64,000 bases of DNA, from positions 66,898,001 through 66,962,000 of the forward strand of contig NC_043006.1 in assembly GCF_006345805.1 (NCBI RefSeq), in the 5' to 3' direction. The position numbers were made by a program, and so were the translations under genes. The first letter of the stretch is position 1; the number at the start of each line of letters is the position of its first letter. Source of the DNA: Octopus sinensis. Its lineage: Eukaryota. Positions 24,474 through 37,845 of this stretch are shown here, piece by piece. The notes under the pieces were generated by a model. It was given only the letters and a program-made list of their open reading frames with translations, had not been told where the DNA came from and did no database searches.

Positions 24474-24685
24474 TCATGTGTGTGTATACGTTTGTGTGTC
24501 TGTGTTTGTTCCCCCAGCGTCGCTTGACAACCGATTCTGATGTGTTGACAACCGATGCAGTTCGCGCATAAGAGCCCGATAGAATAAGTACTAGGCTTAC
24601 AAAGAATAAGTCCTGGGGTCAGTTTGCTCGACTAAAAGTGATAATCCAGCATGGCCGCACACAAATGACTGAAAGAAGTAAAAGG
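24242..24685 (+). mobile_element. S2 SINE, full length, with internal (TA)n
   Basis: Head, core and tail (ccagcatggccgca..aaatgactgaaa) are all present. Confidence 0.85.
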
Positions 24686-24689
24686 GATT

Positions 24690-25545
24690 TAGAGATCAAG
24701 CAGGGCGACTGGTTGGGAAAAACGATTTGACAGGAGTGGTAGAAAGAAAGGGAGATAATAAAGTATTGGTGATCCCAAAATGAAGGTGTGCATTAGTATG
24801 TGTGTATGTAAGCATGTGTAAGTTTGTGGGCGCGGATAGAGGCTAGTGACTTTGACATGTAGAAGTGTGTGTCTGTAATGAGTGAGTATGTGGATGATGG
24901 TCTGTGGGTGTGCGGATGATGATGTGTGGTGTGGGTGCTGGGAAGTGGTCAGTGCTAGTGTGTGTGGAGTGATGTGGGGTGGTGTGATGTGGTGTGACGG
25001 TGTTGTGACGTGTGGTGTGGAGCTGAAGTAGGATGTGGAAGTGGGGTGTGTGGCGACGGATGTGGGTGGATTGAATATCAATGAAAAGAGAAGCTGGGTA
25101 GCAGTGAAGAGAGTAAGTAGGTGTCACATAAAGAGAGGAGAGGAGGGGAGTTGAGTCCATGTGGCGCAAAGGAGCGAAGAGATAAGACTAATCCCTGTTC
25201 ACAGTGAAGATGGGAGTCCGGATGGCCCCTGTACAAAGACAATCGGAACACAGATAAGTATTGTAGTGAATGACCGACAGAGCAGTATTGGCGCGAGACC
25301 GGGGTGTCATTGCCGCGTCTGATGTCTCAGAGTTGCTCCACGAACCGGTCAGCCAAGCGGCATCCTGTTTGACTGATGTACAGAAAGGGCTGCAGATGCT
25401 GTAAAGGACGTTTCTAGAAGTACAGGTAAAGGAGTCGGTGATATGATAAATACAATGATGGGTGCCTGTGGGGATGGTGGTATTGGAAAGGTAGAGGCAA
25501 GTGCGGCAACGTCGATGCTGCAGCATGGTCAAAACCTTTGGGCTC
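24690..25545 (-). mobile_element. Penelope-like element relic: GIY-YIG endonuclease region plus 3' UTR
   Basis: Across one frameshift it reads RCRTC..TIPTGTHH..HITDSFTCTSRNVLYSICS / YISQTGCRLADRFVEQL*DIRRGNDTPVSRQY...APHGLNS (about 25146-25510). Confidence 0.85.
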
Positions 25546-26399
25546 AAACACATAAAAAAGAAAAGTATATTTATGTATGTGTGTATATATAAATATATAT
25601 ATGTGTGTGAATGTGTGAGTATATATATAGAGGGAGTGAGCGAGCGAGAGAGAGAGAAAGAGAGATTAAGCAGTTTTAGTAACCGCCTAAGGGATAAAAT
25701 ATTCGTACGTATTATCAGTGTTCGTTACCTGTGTTATCCCCGGGCAATGGTGTGCAGGGACACCATATACGTCGAGCCCAGATGACAAGAGGATAAACAA
25801 AATTTTGTCAGGAACCAATGCAGATAACTAGAAAAATGGAGTTAAGAAAACATGGTTTAGACAAATAGTATATTCTCACATTTATATATATGCTGTATGT
25901 ATATCCACTATCGCCTGACAATCAGTGGTGACTTATCTCCCTGTAACCTACCGGTCCGACAACAGAGACCAGTAAATAAGTACCAGATTATAAAATAATA
26001 TGTTGACGGGGCGATTAGCAGGACTATACTTTTCATGGCGGTTCCCCAGTACGACTGCAGTTTATTGACAGAAACAAGTAAACGATAGACATAAATCTAA
26101 GATTAATAACTGAATGATTAACAATCAAATGAACCGGAAATAAAGAAAGATAGCCATCAAATATATTTACTACAATCACACAGGTAGCAGATGCTCTGTG
26201 TTTGGATCATATTGCCTGGAGTTAAATGATGATATCACCGTTACTAAGACAAATTAGTGTTCATATATTTATTGGATGATCTACAATCGAGGTAACAGCA
26301 AATAATTATAAATAGAGAAATATATATGAAAGTGACCATGTGTACACATATGTATGTGTAAAAGGTGAGAGAGATATTTGAGGACATATTTGGCAATTT

Positions 26400-27330
26400 T
26401 TTGCAACAGCTAACCTGCGAAAGGCCAAATGTATTTTAATACAAATATATGCACATGTTCTTGATAAGAGTATTCTATGAATTTTTCTTTACTTTCGAGG
26501 ACTGTTTCAACACGAGAGCGGAATCGCCGATATGCCGGCATTGAATGGTCCATATTCATTTGGACATCACCTGAATAACGGTGACCTTCTGTGAAGCTAT
26601 GATGTTGTGAGGATGCCGATTAATCTCCTTTTCAGCAAAGCTCCAAACATAGTAGTCCTGGAGATTTAAATCTGGTGAGTTTGAAAGCTTCACGTTAGGT
26701 GTTACATAATCGTAAAGATTGTCTGACACCCATTCTTGGGCCATGTGGGTTTTGAGACAAATTACCGAGTCCTATTGAAACATATATGTCATTCAAATGC
26801 GTATTCCCTCCGTCCAAGGCTTAACAATTGTTGCAGCAGTTCAACTTATTCGGCAGCCTAATATCTAAGTCCCTGCAGAAAGATTTGAGGTGAACTGAGA
26901 GGACCTTCGTTACTTACCATTCCTAAAGCTATCACAGTTGCTGGAATCTTAGTATATGAACATAATTATCTGCCTTTTCCCCAATTATATATTTGGGCTT
27001 GGTAGTTTTTCTCATGTAAGAAAACCAAAGCTTGTGGTGGTCGTGAGGGGTTTTACTCTTGTTAAGTAATCGCTTCCCATGGAGCAAACGGTCTCTCTGT
27101 CTTGGGAGATATGAATAGACCTTGCCTCTGTATATACAACTTGGAATGCCATCGTGCACCAAAAACCTGAGTACAGTTCCGACAGCTGACGTTCTTTGGC
27201 AATGGCCATTATTTACTTTTGGGGTCATAATAGATAACTTTTAACTTGTTAGATGAATTGCAGTGTCTTATAGTGTTAGTAAGTTTAGAATGCTTATTTT
27301 ACTGTTTGACACATTTAAAGCATAACCACC
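26400..27330 (-). mobile_element. Decayed Tc1/mariner-superfamily transposase (probably maT/DD37D type)
   Basis: MAQEWVSDN..SNSPDLNLQDYYVWSFAEKEINRHPHN; upstream frames give ALGMVSNEG...IFLQGLR. Many stops. Confidence 0.75.
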
Positions 27331-27663
27331 AGAATTTTGCGATTCCACAGGAATTTGTAAACAAAAGATGTTTTAATTTTTACGAAGTTGGAAATTTCAA
27401 AATTGGTGTGTCTGCACATTGTTCAACAATGCATGAATATTTCAGTTCTTGTGTTAGAATTTTGTCCGGTATAGGAGATGAAACGAATAAAAACCTTTTA
27501 AATGGTTTGAAGGAAGTTATATACTGATAATTAAGCGCTCTATTACCGTTTTCGCCGCACTGCAAAGGACGCATTTTTATCCGGTGAGAGTAGTCGAGAT
27601 TCGAACTCATGTGCACAGAGATGAAACGAGTAAGACATACATACATACATATATATATATATA

Positions 27664-27720
<57 letters not shown>

Positions 27721-27722
27721 CC

Positions 27723-27948
27723 TATTTCTTTATTACCCACAAGGGGCTAACACAGAGGGACAAACAAGGACAGACATAGGTATTAAGTCGATTACATCAA
27801 CCCCAGTGCGTAACTGGTACTTAATTTATCGACCCCGAAAGAATGAAAGGCAAAGTCGACCTCGGCGGAATTTGAACTCAGAACATAGCGGCAGACGAAT
27901 ACGGTTACGTATTTCGCCCGGCGCACTAACGTTTCTGCCAGCTCGGCC
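27723..27948 (-). mobile_element. S1 SINE (long tail)
   Basis: Colinear with 35841-36070 and 49687-49919. Confidence 0.88.
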
Positions 27949-27984
27949 ATATATATATGACCGCCATGTTAAATCGTTAGGTCC

Positions 27985-28168
27985 TGCACCCATTTTTTTC
28001 TCTCCTTGTTTCTCTCCAAGTTTCTTTTCTGTATATCTTTCTGTTGAAGAGCGTAGGCTCGAAACGTAAAAGACTTGTTTTATTTCTATTCCTGAGCGCC
28101 ATACTAATACAATTGTTTGTTTGAACTCCACCTGCCTTCGTCTTTTGTTTATTTTCGTAAGCTTCCCG

Positions 28169-28170
<2 letters not shown>
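27985..28170 (+). mobile_element. Family A repeat with hammerhead-like motif at 28036-28073
   Basis: Motif is identical to 3587-3624; the element ends in (TA)n. Confidence 0.65.
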
Positions 28171-28202
<32 letters not shown>

Positions 28203-28604
28203 CATGTGAGTGTATAGATAGATGGATAGATAGATAGATAATAAATAGATTGATATCAATAGCATATAAATATTGGGTCCAAATGCCTTCAGACTTCTCT
28301 GTCCAGAAGTCCAGAAGGATTTCCCAAGACTATATTTATATGGTATTAACTAGATTCATGTGATGTGCCTCGAGATTCAGTCATCAAATAAGAATAATGA
28401 AAACGAATCCTTTCACGTTCTTTCGATAGTTTATAAAATTCTCAAGACGTCCAAAAAACATGTGTGCATTTGAATGTATGTTTGTATATATATATACAAC
28501 TCTCACACACACACACACATATATATTTGTATGTATATATATATATATACATATATATATATTATTATATATATATAGATATATATATATATATACATAT
28601 ATAT

Positions 28605-28664
<60 letters not shown>

Positions 28665-28859
28665 CTAAAGTCAGTTGGGTGCAAAATTGTGGTATTACCA
28701 AAGTACTCAAACCGAATACTGGGATATCAACACCATCGAGATCCAAGCCAAGATCAAAACAATTATACCATCATATGTTTGTCAAAGAGTGAATAATCCA
28801 CATATATATATAATATATATATATATTATATATATATATATATTGTATAGAGGGCATTA

Positions 28860-29053
28860 TTACACATAAATGCCTCACGCTAAGAGGGACATAAGTCATT
28901 ACTACCAAAATTTAACTAATCATACCTAATGCAGTTCCCGAAGCAAGACATTTAAAAAACTGAATTTAGTTCTATATCACCTGTGATTTCACAATTAACG
29001 CATCTCTTATGAGGTTTTTCACGCTAACTACCTGATAATTTCTTGTTAAGATT

Positions 29054-29060
<7 letters not shown>
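28860..29060. mobile_element. PLE-like relic with an inverted terminal segment
   Basis: 28870-29000 is homologous to 62300-62440 (+). 29010-29045 is the reverse complement of aagaaattatcagtagttagcgtgaaaaacctc, seen at about 61677 and 62682. Confidence 0.55.
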
Positions 29061-29092
<32 letters not shown>

Positions 29093-29099
29093 TATGTAT

Positions 29100-29240
29100 A
29101 TATATAGTTGAAATTTACAGAAAAAGAAAAGGCGAAGACAGGTGTATTTGTTTAACGCTCGGGAAGGTGAGAAAATCTTTTACGTTTCGAGCCTACGCTC
29201 TTCAACAGGAATGAACACGAGAGAGAGAATAAACAAACTT
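29100..29240 (-). mobile_element. Family A repeat with hammerhead-like motif at 29176-29213
   Basis: Minus strand ctgttgaagagcgtaggctcgaaacgtaaaaga is intact; the 5' strand of stem I is mutated. Confidence 0.6.
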
Positions 29241-29947
29241 TTGATTAAGACATACATACATAAATGTATACATCGGTATTGATATAGATGGTTAGAGAGA
29301 GATAAATACAGACAGGGAAACAGACAGAGAAGGAGATGGATGGAGGTATAGATAGATATATAGGTAGATAGGTAGATAGACGGACAGATAGATAAACAGA
29401 CAGATAGATAAATAGATAGATAGATGATAGATAGATAGATACATACATACATACATACATATATACATACATACATACATACATACGTACGTACTTACGT
29501 ACATACATGCATACATAACATACATCATACATGATTCAGTAAAAAGTTAATTAAATGCGAATTTGTGGTGAATGAGACAATAGATATACAAGCAAACAGG
29601 CAGCTTTATTTTATGCAGCCGATATTAAAAAGCCAATTAAAAATAATTAGATGATTACATATAAAATATTCCGGTCAATAATTCATATTTTTCAAATTAT
29701 TTTGCCATGTACATGAGAAATGGCAAGTACTTGAGAACGAAGTAGTTGCGGAACAATCATTAAATACATATACGAGTGGATTGTCGTGAGGAAAGAGAAT
29801 TGTGCAGATAGTAAATAACTTGTAGTTGTCATTAACGTGAAAAACAATTGTCATTATCTTTGTCGTTTAATATGTTCGTCATATCACGAACTTCTGTGAC
29901 TGTAGAGACTCATACGAAGGTATATATTACATTATGTATATATATAT

Positions 29948-30003
<56 letters not shown>

Positions 30004-30079
30004 TACCTGCATGTACCTATACAATTACATATATATATATACATATATGTATAATTTATATATATATATTTGCATATAT

Positions 30080-30122
<43 letters not shown>

Positions 30123-30170
30123 ATATATATATATACTTCATAATTTGAAACTGACTTGAAAATTGGAAGT

Positions 30171-30213
30171 CCACCAGAAGATTGTCGATCAGGACAAGAA
30201 ACAATTGTAGTGG
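30171..30213 (+). ncRNA. Near-canonical minimal type I hammerhead-like motif (family E)
   Basis: ccac CAGAAGA ttgtc-gatcag-gacaa GAAAC aatt GTA gtgg. Three perfect stems and a palindromic ACAAUUGU stem III; only U4 deviates (A). Confidence 0.6.
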
Positions 30214-30304
30214 CGATTTTTTTGACTTTTTATTAAAATTTTATGTATTGATTAAGTCTTTCCTTGTTTGTTTTGCAAAATAGTGGTTTTGTCTCTAATA
30301 ATAT

Positions 30305-30341
<37 letters not shown>

Positions 30342-30342
<1 letters not shown>

Positions 30343-30646
30343 GAGGCGCAATGGCCAAGTGGTTAGGGCAGTGGACTCGCGGTCGCAGGATCGCGGTTTC
30401 GATTCCCAGAGCGGGCGTTGTGAGTGTTTATTGAGCGAAAACACCTAAAAGCTTCACGAGCTTCCGGCAGGGGGTGGTGATCCCTGCTGTACTCTTTCAC
30501 CACTCTTTCTCCCACTCTTTCTTCTGTTGGCTTGCTCGCTTAGCCAGCGGGGTGACGTCATTTGAAGGCTAAAACAATGCGAACGCATTGTGACCTGTGA
30601 TGTGTAACAACATCTGATGGTCTAGTCGGTCCCGTGATCCCGTGAT
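30342..30646 (+). mobile_element. tRNA-headed SINE, family S3, full length
   Basis: A-box-like tggccaagtgg, B-box-like ggtttcgattccc, body cctgctgtactctttcaccac, and tail cccgtgatcccgtgat. Confidence 0.85.
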
Positions 30647-30682
30647 ATACATATATATATATATACACACACATATATATTT

Positions 30683-30740
<58 letters not shown>

Positions 30741-31344
30741 AATTTTCACGAAGTGTAATGATGCTTAAAAGCATACACCGGCTAGAAATAAGAGCTAAAC
30801 TCTTAAATTAATCCACCGTGCAACTCCAAGATGACAGAGACAAACATTATGCGACGAAAACGGAAAAAAATTGATACATTGAACAGCATAAAATATAATA
30901 TTATGCAGTTTAGGATATCCACATACCCAGGTTTTAGCTTTTGGATATTTAATCCTTGAGCCTCTTTCGTGTGAACCACGTAGGTTGTTCACACTGAAAA
31001 ATTCACGACCGATAGTCTAACTGGTTATATTTTGCGGAGTTTTGAAATTAACCCGAAACCTTATTAGACGCTTATTATTAAATTTTGAAATCTTTTCAAA
31101 TCTTTTTAAAACGTTCTTATCTTTTGCTATATTATTATTATATTTCTACATTTATATTTATATACAACTATATTTATGTATATTTTTGATAATCCTATAT
31201 TTTCCATGTTCGATGTCTTAATATATGTTTTAATTTTGAACGATTTTTATTTTGATCAAATCCGCAAATGTATGTGTTGGTCGTGGTTTACCTATCTACA
31301 TTTTTCCTTTTATCTTTTATAGTTTTTATTTTATTCTTTACATC

Positions 31345-33350
31345 TGCCTAACGTTTCAGGTTCGACTTGGGATCTTTTAAGCAATCTCTATATTTCGTAA
31401 GATAAATATAACTATATATAATGTATGTTTGTATGTATGTATGAGAGAGAGAGAGAGGGGGGAGAGAGAGGTGGTTTATTCTCACTCAAGAAAGAGTATT
31501 GGAGAGTTAGATTTGGAGTTGAATATGCACAAGAGTATCAAAACGCATTATAGTTTTCAATTTTCTTGACAAATTATTAAAAAGGTCAACTTTGTTTTTC
31601 AATGGTAAAATAAAAAAAATAATGCTTAAATCGAGATTGAAGTTATAAGACAATATTCGGTAAAACATGCTTTAAAAACATTTAAGATTTAAACAAATTA
31701 TAATATTAAAAAGATTTCACAGTAACACAATAAAATAGAAGTTCAAACGTTCGTTGAATCTCGTAACAATCACACATGATTCAGTTTTGAAATATTGAAA
31801 GCAATAAATTATATTAATAATTAGATACGATGAAGTTTTAACAATCTAGGAAAAGTAGAAAAAAGAGTATTATTTACGCTTTACATGAGGGAGAATCCTT
31901 CGTCGCTTGTCTTACTGTTGAGAACCTAAACTATTTTTAGTTGAAATTGCTTGTATATATAGGTTTTAAGAAATAGTTTTAAGTTGTGATTGGTTATAAA
32001 CTTAACGACATAACTTGTTTTTTTCCCTCCTGTGAGCTTGTGTTTTGGTTGACTGACGGTCTGGAGGCATCACTTGTTTCTTGCATGTTCTGTTCACATA
32101 TTTTGCTTTGTCAGTAACCCAGCGTTCCCGTTGTTTGACTTCCTGATGGCGTCATTTGTTCATTTGATTTTGACCAATAGTGATCTAGGGCTCTTGTCGG
32201 TCGATTCTCTGTATACGTCATTTCTTTGTGAAATGCCTTCTTAACTTTTTTTTCTGTTGGTTGTACCGCTTTCTGGTTGGGTGATTCTCTGAAGCAGTTA
32301 CATGATTTGGTATCATAATTTTTTTTTACAGACGTAAAACCTAATTTTTAAAACATAGGACAAAGTCAGAGTGTTCAGAACGTGCAAGATATAATTGTAC
32401 AAGAATTTGAAATTAGGGTTTCAAATCCCCAAAGGAAATCTGTTACATCACCTTTAGTTTCATTTTTGTCGTTATTCTCCTGTGTTGTCATAGAATATTT
32501 TATGGTTGTTTATATTCCTTAATAAATATATTTTCCTTATTTAATAGGAATTGAGTTGAAGCGTTTGAGATGCATTCATATACAGGAGAGATTTGGTATC
32601 TAGGATGTTTGTTCGTGGAGAAGAGATCTAAATGTTTACTCAGAAATTTTCCAAGTCGTGGAGTCTCGAATCGGTTGCCAGTTTACCGTTATTCTGTTCT
32701 CATAGTCAAGCTCGTTTGTCCTATGTAGTCTCCACCAAATTCGATGACATAATTTAAATTTCACCTTGAAATGTCCTTGGATGTTGAATGTTTGCCCTGA
32801 CTTACTTATTGCCACAGAACAGGCCTACTGTATTTCGTCGTAATATGAGATCTTTGAACGGGGTATATTATTAACCTGTAAGGCTGATCTACACTCTTGG
32901 TTTATTGTTTTGCTCTTATGGCCATTTGGAAGTTCGTTGCCGGTTTTACAGTCCTATCTCGTTAAATAGTCATTTTCGTATCACATTAGTTCCTTTTGGG
33001 AAAGTTGGATGAAGGTAGTAAGTTTATTCATTACTTAGGACTAGTAATTCATAACCTTTTCATTGTAAGTGTTCTCACAACGAAGAATTAGTGAAATGTG
33101 TTTATATAGTATTCCAAGTTCATAACAACTTCAGCACTAAACTTATCAGCTTCTTTGGTAACTTTATCTTAATCATTGTTAAAATCAATTCTGATTTCCC
33201 ATTCTTTTCGGCTGGTATTTGATTTAAATTTCGGATGTGGTAATAAATTTTAAGGAAAATTGACTATAAAATCACAATTTGTCCAGCGTGTCTTCCCGTC
33301 TTTTGTCAGCAAGTAGCCACTTCTATTATGAAGAATTGATTCGTAAATAG
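31345..33350 (-). mobile_element. Penelope-like element relic with GIY-YIG domain at about 32500-32760
   Basis: Minus frame: NLNYVIEFGGDYIGQTSLTMRTE*R*...LSKHLDLFSTNKHPRYQISPVYEC...LLNKENIFIKEYKQP*N. Outer boundaries are estimates. Confidence 0.75.
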
Positions 33351-33679
33351 AAATGTACTTTACCAAAAATGTTTTATGTTTTATCTTTTACTTCTTTTAG
33401 TCATTGGACTGCCGCCATGGTGGAGCAACCATGAAGGGATCTGTCCGATCAAATCGACTGCCTATCACTTATTTTCAAAGCTTAGTATTTAAACCCGCAA
33501 CCCTATGATTGCTAAGGAAGCTTCTTCCTCAATAGCTATGCATAAGAGATGAATGAATTATCAAAAATCTTGTAAAACACAAAAATTTATACGACTACCA
33601 TACACTATAAAATACTCAAATTACAAATGTTCTCATTAAGTATGAAGTTGACCATAATTACCATTAATATTTACGGATC

Positions 33680-33900
33680 TTAAAGCAGCGAGCTGGCAGA
33701 ATCGTTGGCATGTTTAACAAAATACTAAGCGGCATTTTGTCCGTCTTCTGAGTTCAAATTCTACCAAATTCGATTTTGGCTTTCAAACTTTTGTGGACTA
33801 AAAAATAAGTACCACTTGAACACGGAGGTCGATCAAATCGACCTATCCTAGCCTCGAAATTGCTGGCCTTGTGCCAAAAATCTGAAATCAATATTTATCA
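33680..33900 (+). mobile_element. S1 SINE (short tail)
   Basis: gcgagctggcagaatcgttggc ... gagttcaaatt ... gctggccttgtgccaaaa. Confidence 0.75.
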
Positions 33901-33949
33901 CTCTTCTAATAGAACCAAAACCTCCATGTATGATGATAACTGCCACTGG

Positions 33950-34161
33950 TACTACTACTGTTGCTGATAGTGCTGCTGCTACTACTACTACTACTACAAC
34001 TACTAGTACTACTACACGTACTACTACTACTACTACTCGTAGTACTACTACTACTCGTAGTACTACTACTACTAATCTTTGTACTAATACTGCTAGTACT
34101 ACTACTACTACTACTACTACTATTGCTACTACTACTGCTACTACTACTACTAATGTTGCTG

Positions 34162-34199
<38 letters not shown>

Positions 34200-34230
34200 G
34201 CAACTGCTGCTTCTGCTACTACTACAAGAG
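33950..34230. repeat. (CTA)n trinucleotide tract
   Basis: Directly visible; yields the poly-T, poly-L and poly-S ORFs. Confidence 0.95.
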
Positions 34231-34553
34231 CAACGTCTAGACATTATTTAATATTGCTTAGAGATGCTTTAAAGTGATAATTATGAATTATATAGTCCCT
34301 CCTCTAGAAGTTTGAAACTTTTAAAAACTTTCCGAAACGTTTTTCTATAAAACATTTTTATCACGGGTTTCTCTTTCCTTAAAACACAAGTTTTTTTTCC
34401 CTCAATTCCATAACTTTTTGTTACTTTAACGTAGAATGCTTTCCATTCTTTGTTTTATATATGGCTTCTTCTCAACAATTTCTTTGTGATTTTTTCCCTA
34501 TCTCATTTGGATAGATATCTTCGTTATAGATTTTACTTTGAACTGGTAGTTTT

Positions 34554-34559
<6 letters not shown>

Positions 34560-34587
<28 letters not shown>

Positions 34588-34674
34588 CACGCACTTATGC
34601 ATACATATAAATGCAGATATAAGCACGCATTCATATATGTATATATGATAGTATATATGTATATATGTATGTAT

Positions 34675-34707
<33 letters not shown>

Positions 34708-34717
34708 TAATATATAG

Positions 34718-34773
<56 letters not shown>

Positions 34774-35310
34774 TATATACATGCACTCATTCATACAGAA
34801 AACATACATACATACGCACATACACACATACATACACATACATTCACACATGCATACATACAGACACACATACATCTACTCACATATATACACACATACA
34901 TAGACACATACATACATATATACATACACACACATACATACATATATATACATACATATATACATACATACAAACATACATACATACACACATACATACA
35001 TACACACATACATACATATACACACACATACATACATGTACACACATACATACATATATACATACACACACATACATACACACATACGCGTATACATGCA
35101 TACATACATACATATATATACACACATACACACATACACACATACACACATACATACATGCATACATACATACATGCATACATGCATACATGCATACATA
35201 CATACTACATACATACATACATGCATGCATGCATACAAATTACATATATACATACATACATAAATACGTACAAACATACATACACACATACATACATACA
35301 TACTGATTAT
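34560..35310. repeat. Compound (TA)n / (CATA)n / (CA)n microsatellite
   Basis: Directly visible. Confidence 0.95.
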
Positions 35311-35834
35311 CACACCACTTACCGTTTTCTGCGAAAGCGCTATTACTTTAAAAGATATATATTTATTGTTTTGGAAAAGATATTCATTCTTCTAATGCAG
35401 TTTTCGTTGTTGTTGTTACATCTTTTACTGTTGATGTCGTTCCGCCTGTACCTGCTGTTATTGATGATATTGTTGATGTTGATGCTGTTGTTGTTGTTGT
35501 TGGTGATGTTCTTGCTATTTTTGGTGATGCTTTGCACCATAACTTCGCACTTCGACGAGATTTGTGATCAGAGTCATTCCCAAAACGATATTTCTGTTTT
35601 CTCCCAATATATCCAACTCTCCAATTCCAGGTTTGCCCTTTTGTTATTGTTTTAACGGTAGGTTGTTATCTGCGTGAAATAACGCTTCCATTTCTTGCCG
35701 AGCGAGCCACCGCATTAATTCCTATCAATCAACAATGGAAATTCTTAGAAGTAACAGAGCAACGCATAGAACAATATATACATAAAGAAAACCCGCAAAA
35801 TGTAGTTTTAGTTCTATGCTAATACTGTTTAAGG

Positions 35835-36473
35835 CACTAAGGCGGCGAGCTGGCAGAAACGTTAGCACGCCGGACGAAATGCGTAGCCGTATTTCGTCTG
35901 CCGTTACGTTATGAGTTCAAATTCCGCCGAGGTCGACTTTGCCTTTCATCATTTCGGGGTCGATAAATTAAGTACCAGTTGCGCACTGGGGTCGATGTAA
36001 TCGACATAATCCGTTTGTCTGTCCTTGTTTGTCCTCTCTGTGTTTAGCCCCTTGTGGGTAGTAAAGAAATAGAAATAGGTATTTCATCTGTCTTTTCCGT
36101 TCTGAGTTCAAATTCTGCCGAGGTCGACTTTTTGCCTTTCATCCTTTCGGGGTCGATAAATTAAGCACCAGTTGCGTACTGGGATCAATCTAATCGACTG
36201 ACCCCCCTCTCCAAAAATTTCGGGTCTTGTGCTTAAGGTAGAAAAGAATATATTTTTAAAAGGCGGTGAGCTGGCAGAAACGTTAGCACGCCGGGCGAAA
36301 TGCTTAGTGGTATTTCGTCTACCGTTACGTTCTGAGTTCAAATTGCACCGAAGTCGACTTTGCCTTTCATATTTTTTGGGTCGTTAAACTAAGTACCAGT
36401 TGCGTACTGCGGTCGACCTAATCGACTGGTCCCCTCCTCCAAAATTTCGCGTCTTGTGTCTAGAGTGGAAAAG
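35835..36473 (+). mobile_element. Three tandem S1 SINE units bracketed by one 14-bp direct repeat
   Basis: aatactgtttaagg at 35821-35834 and 36474-36487. Confidence 0.85.
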
Positions 36474-36646
36474 AATACTGTTTAAGGAATTGAGTTGACA
36501 ATATTGTTACAGCATTGGATAAAATACCTACAAAAGCTATACCTCGTGGTGTTCATCCCGATTCACTGAACATGAATTTAAATTCAGCTGAAATCAACTT
36601 TGACTGTTGCTCTTTACTGGAATGAATAAATATATTAGCAATTCTT

Positions 36647-36878
36647 AAGGCGGCGAGCTGGCTGAAATGTTAGCACGCCGGGCGAAATGCGTAGCCGTAT
36701 TTCGTCTGCCGCTACGTTGTGAGTTCAAATTCCGCCGAGGTCGACTTTACCTTTCATCCTTTCGGGGTCGATAAATTAAGTACCAGTTACGCACTGGGGT
36801 CGATATAATCGACTGAATCCCTTTGTCTGTCCTTGTTTGTCCCTTCTGTGTTTAGCCCCTTGTGGGTTGTAAAGAAAT
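36647..36878 (+). mobile_element. S1 SINE (long tail) with a 17-bp TSD
   Basis: atatattagcaattctt at 36630-36646 and 36879-36895. Confidence 0.92.
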
Positions 36879-37530
36879 ATATATTAGCAATTCTTTGCAG
36901 TGGTTTGACGACGTACTTAGGAGTTCTGATGCAATATCTTACCAGTGTTTATTCCAGAGCTTTACGTTTTCAGTTCGAATTCCATGTTGATGTCCAAAGC
37001 TAGAGCTAATATTTCCTCCCACGGCAGCCCCACCACCAAACCCAATGTTTCTTAACGTTGAGCGATAGACCTTCAACTCGTAACGGCCTACTAGTACATC
37101 ATCTGTCAGAGGGAAACGGTAACACTTAAATACCTTAATAATTGCAGGTCCGGAGGGAGTTGATAATATTTATCTTTTCTAAATGTGTGACTCTGAGGAA
37201 TTTCAAGAAATCAAAGACTCATTTATTGTTCATTTTTCCCTATCTAGATATATATTCCCACATGAAGATTTTGGTCACATTTATTGTTGCTATGTTGGTT
37301 TGCCTGACGTATTGTTGCCGGTTCGAAAATATGCACTGTTAAATCAGAATTTATTGAAAAATAAAGAAGAGGAAATAATCTCAGAAATAATTGCACGGCA
37401 AAAATCTTGACGTAAATTATTTTTTCATTTTTTAAAATATTAATTCCCTTTTCGCAGATCTGAAAATGTGTCTACCAATTTAATTGGATATATACACGCA
37501 TACACAGACACAGGCACAAACACATATGCA

Positions 37531-37609
<79 letters not shown>

Positions 37610-37845
37610 CAATTAAGGACTGAGCACGAAAAGTGGACAGTCAACATGCTAGATATAGACGTCAAATCGCCATTCTCCACAAAGAGTATGTTCTCAAATA
37701 AAACTCAGCACTTGTCTTGTTTAATGCTTTGGTTTTGTGCTGAAGATTGAAGGCTTCGAATGTCCCGTCCGTATTTTTTGTATCGTCTTCTAAATGTTTT
37801 GCGTTCTTGTCCCATTTTGTATTTTTTTACATATATATATATATG

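Noticed and set aside
30342-30415. tRNA-like sequence with A and B boxes
   Set aside because: It continues directly into a SINE body and I see no complete cloverleaf; SINE head, not a tRNA gene. The same applies to the S1, S2 and S4 heads.
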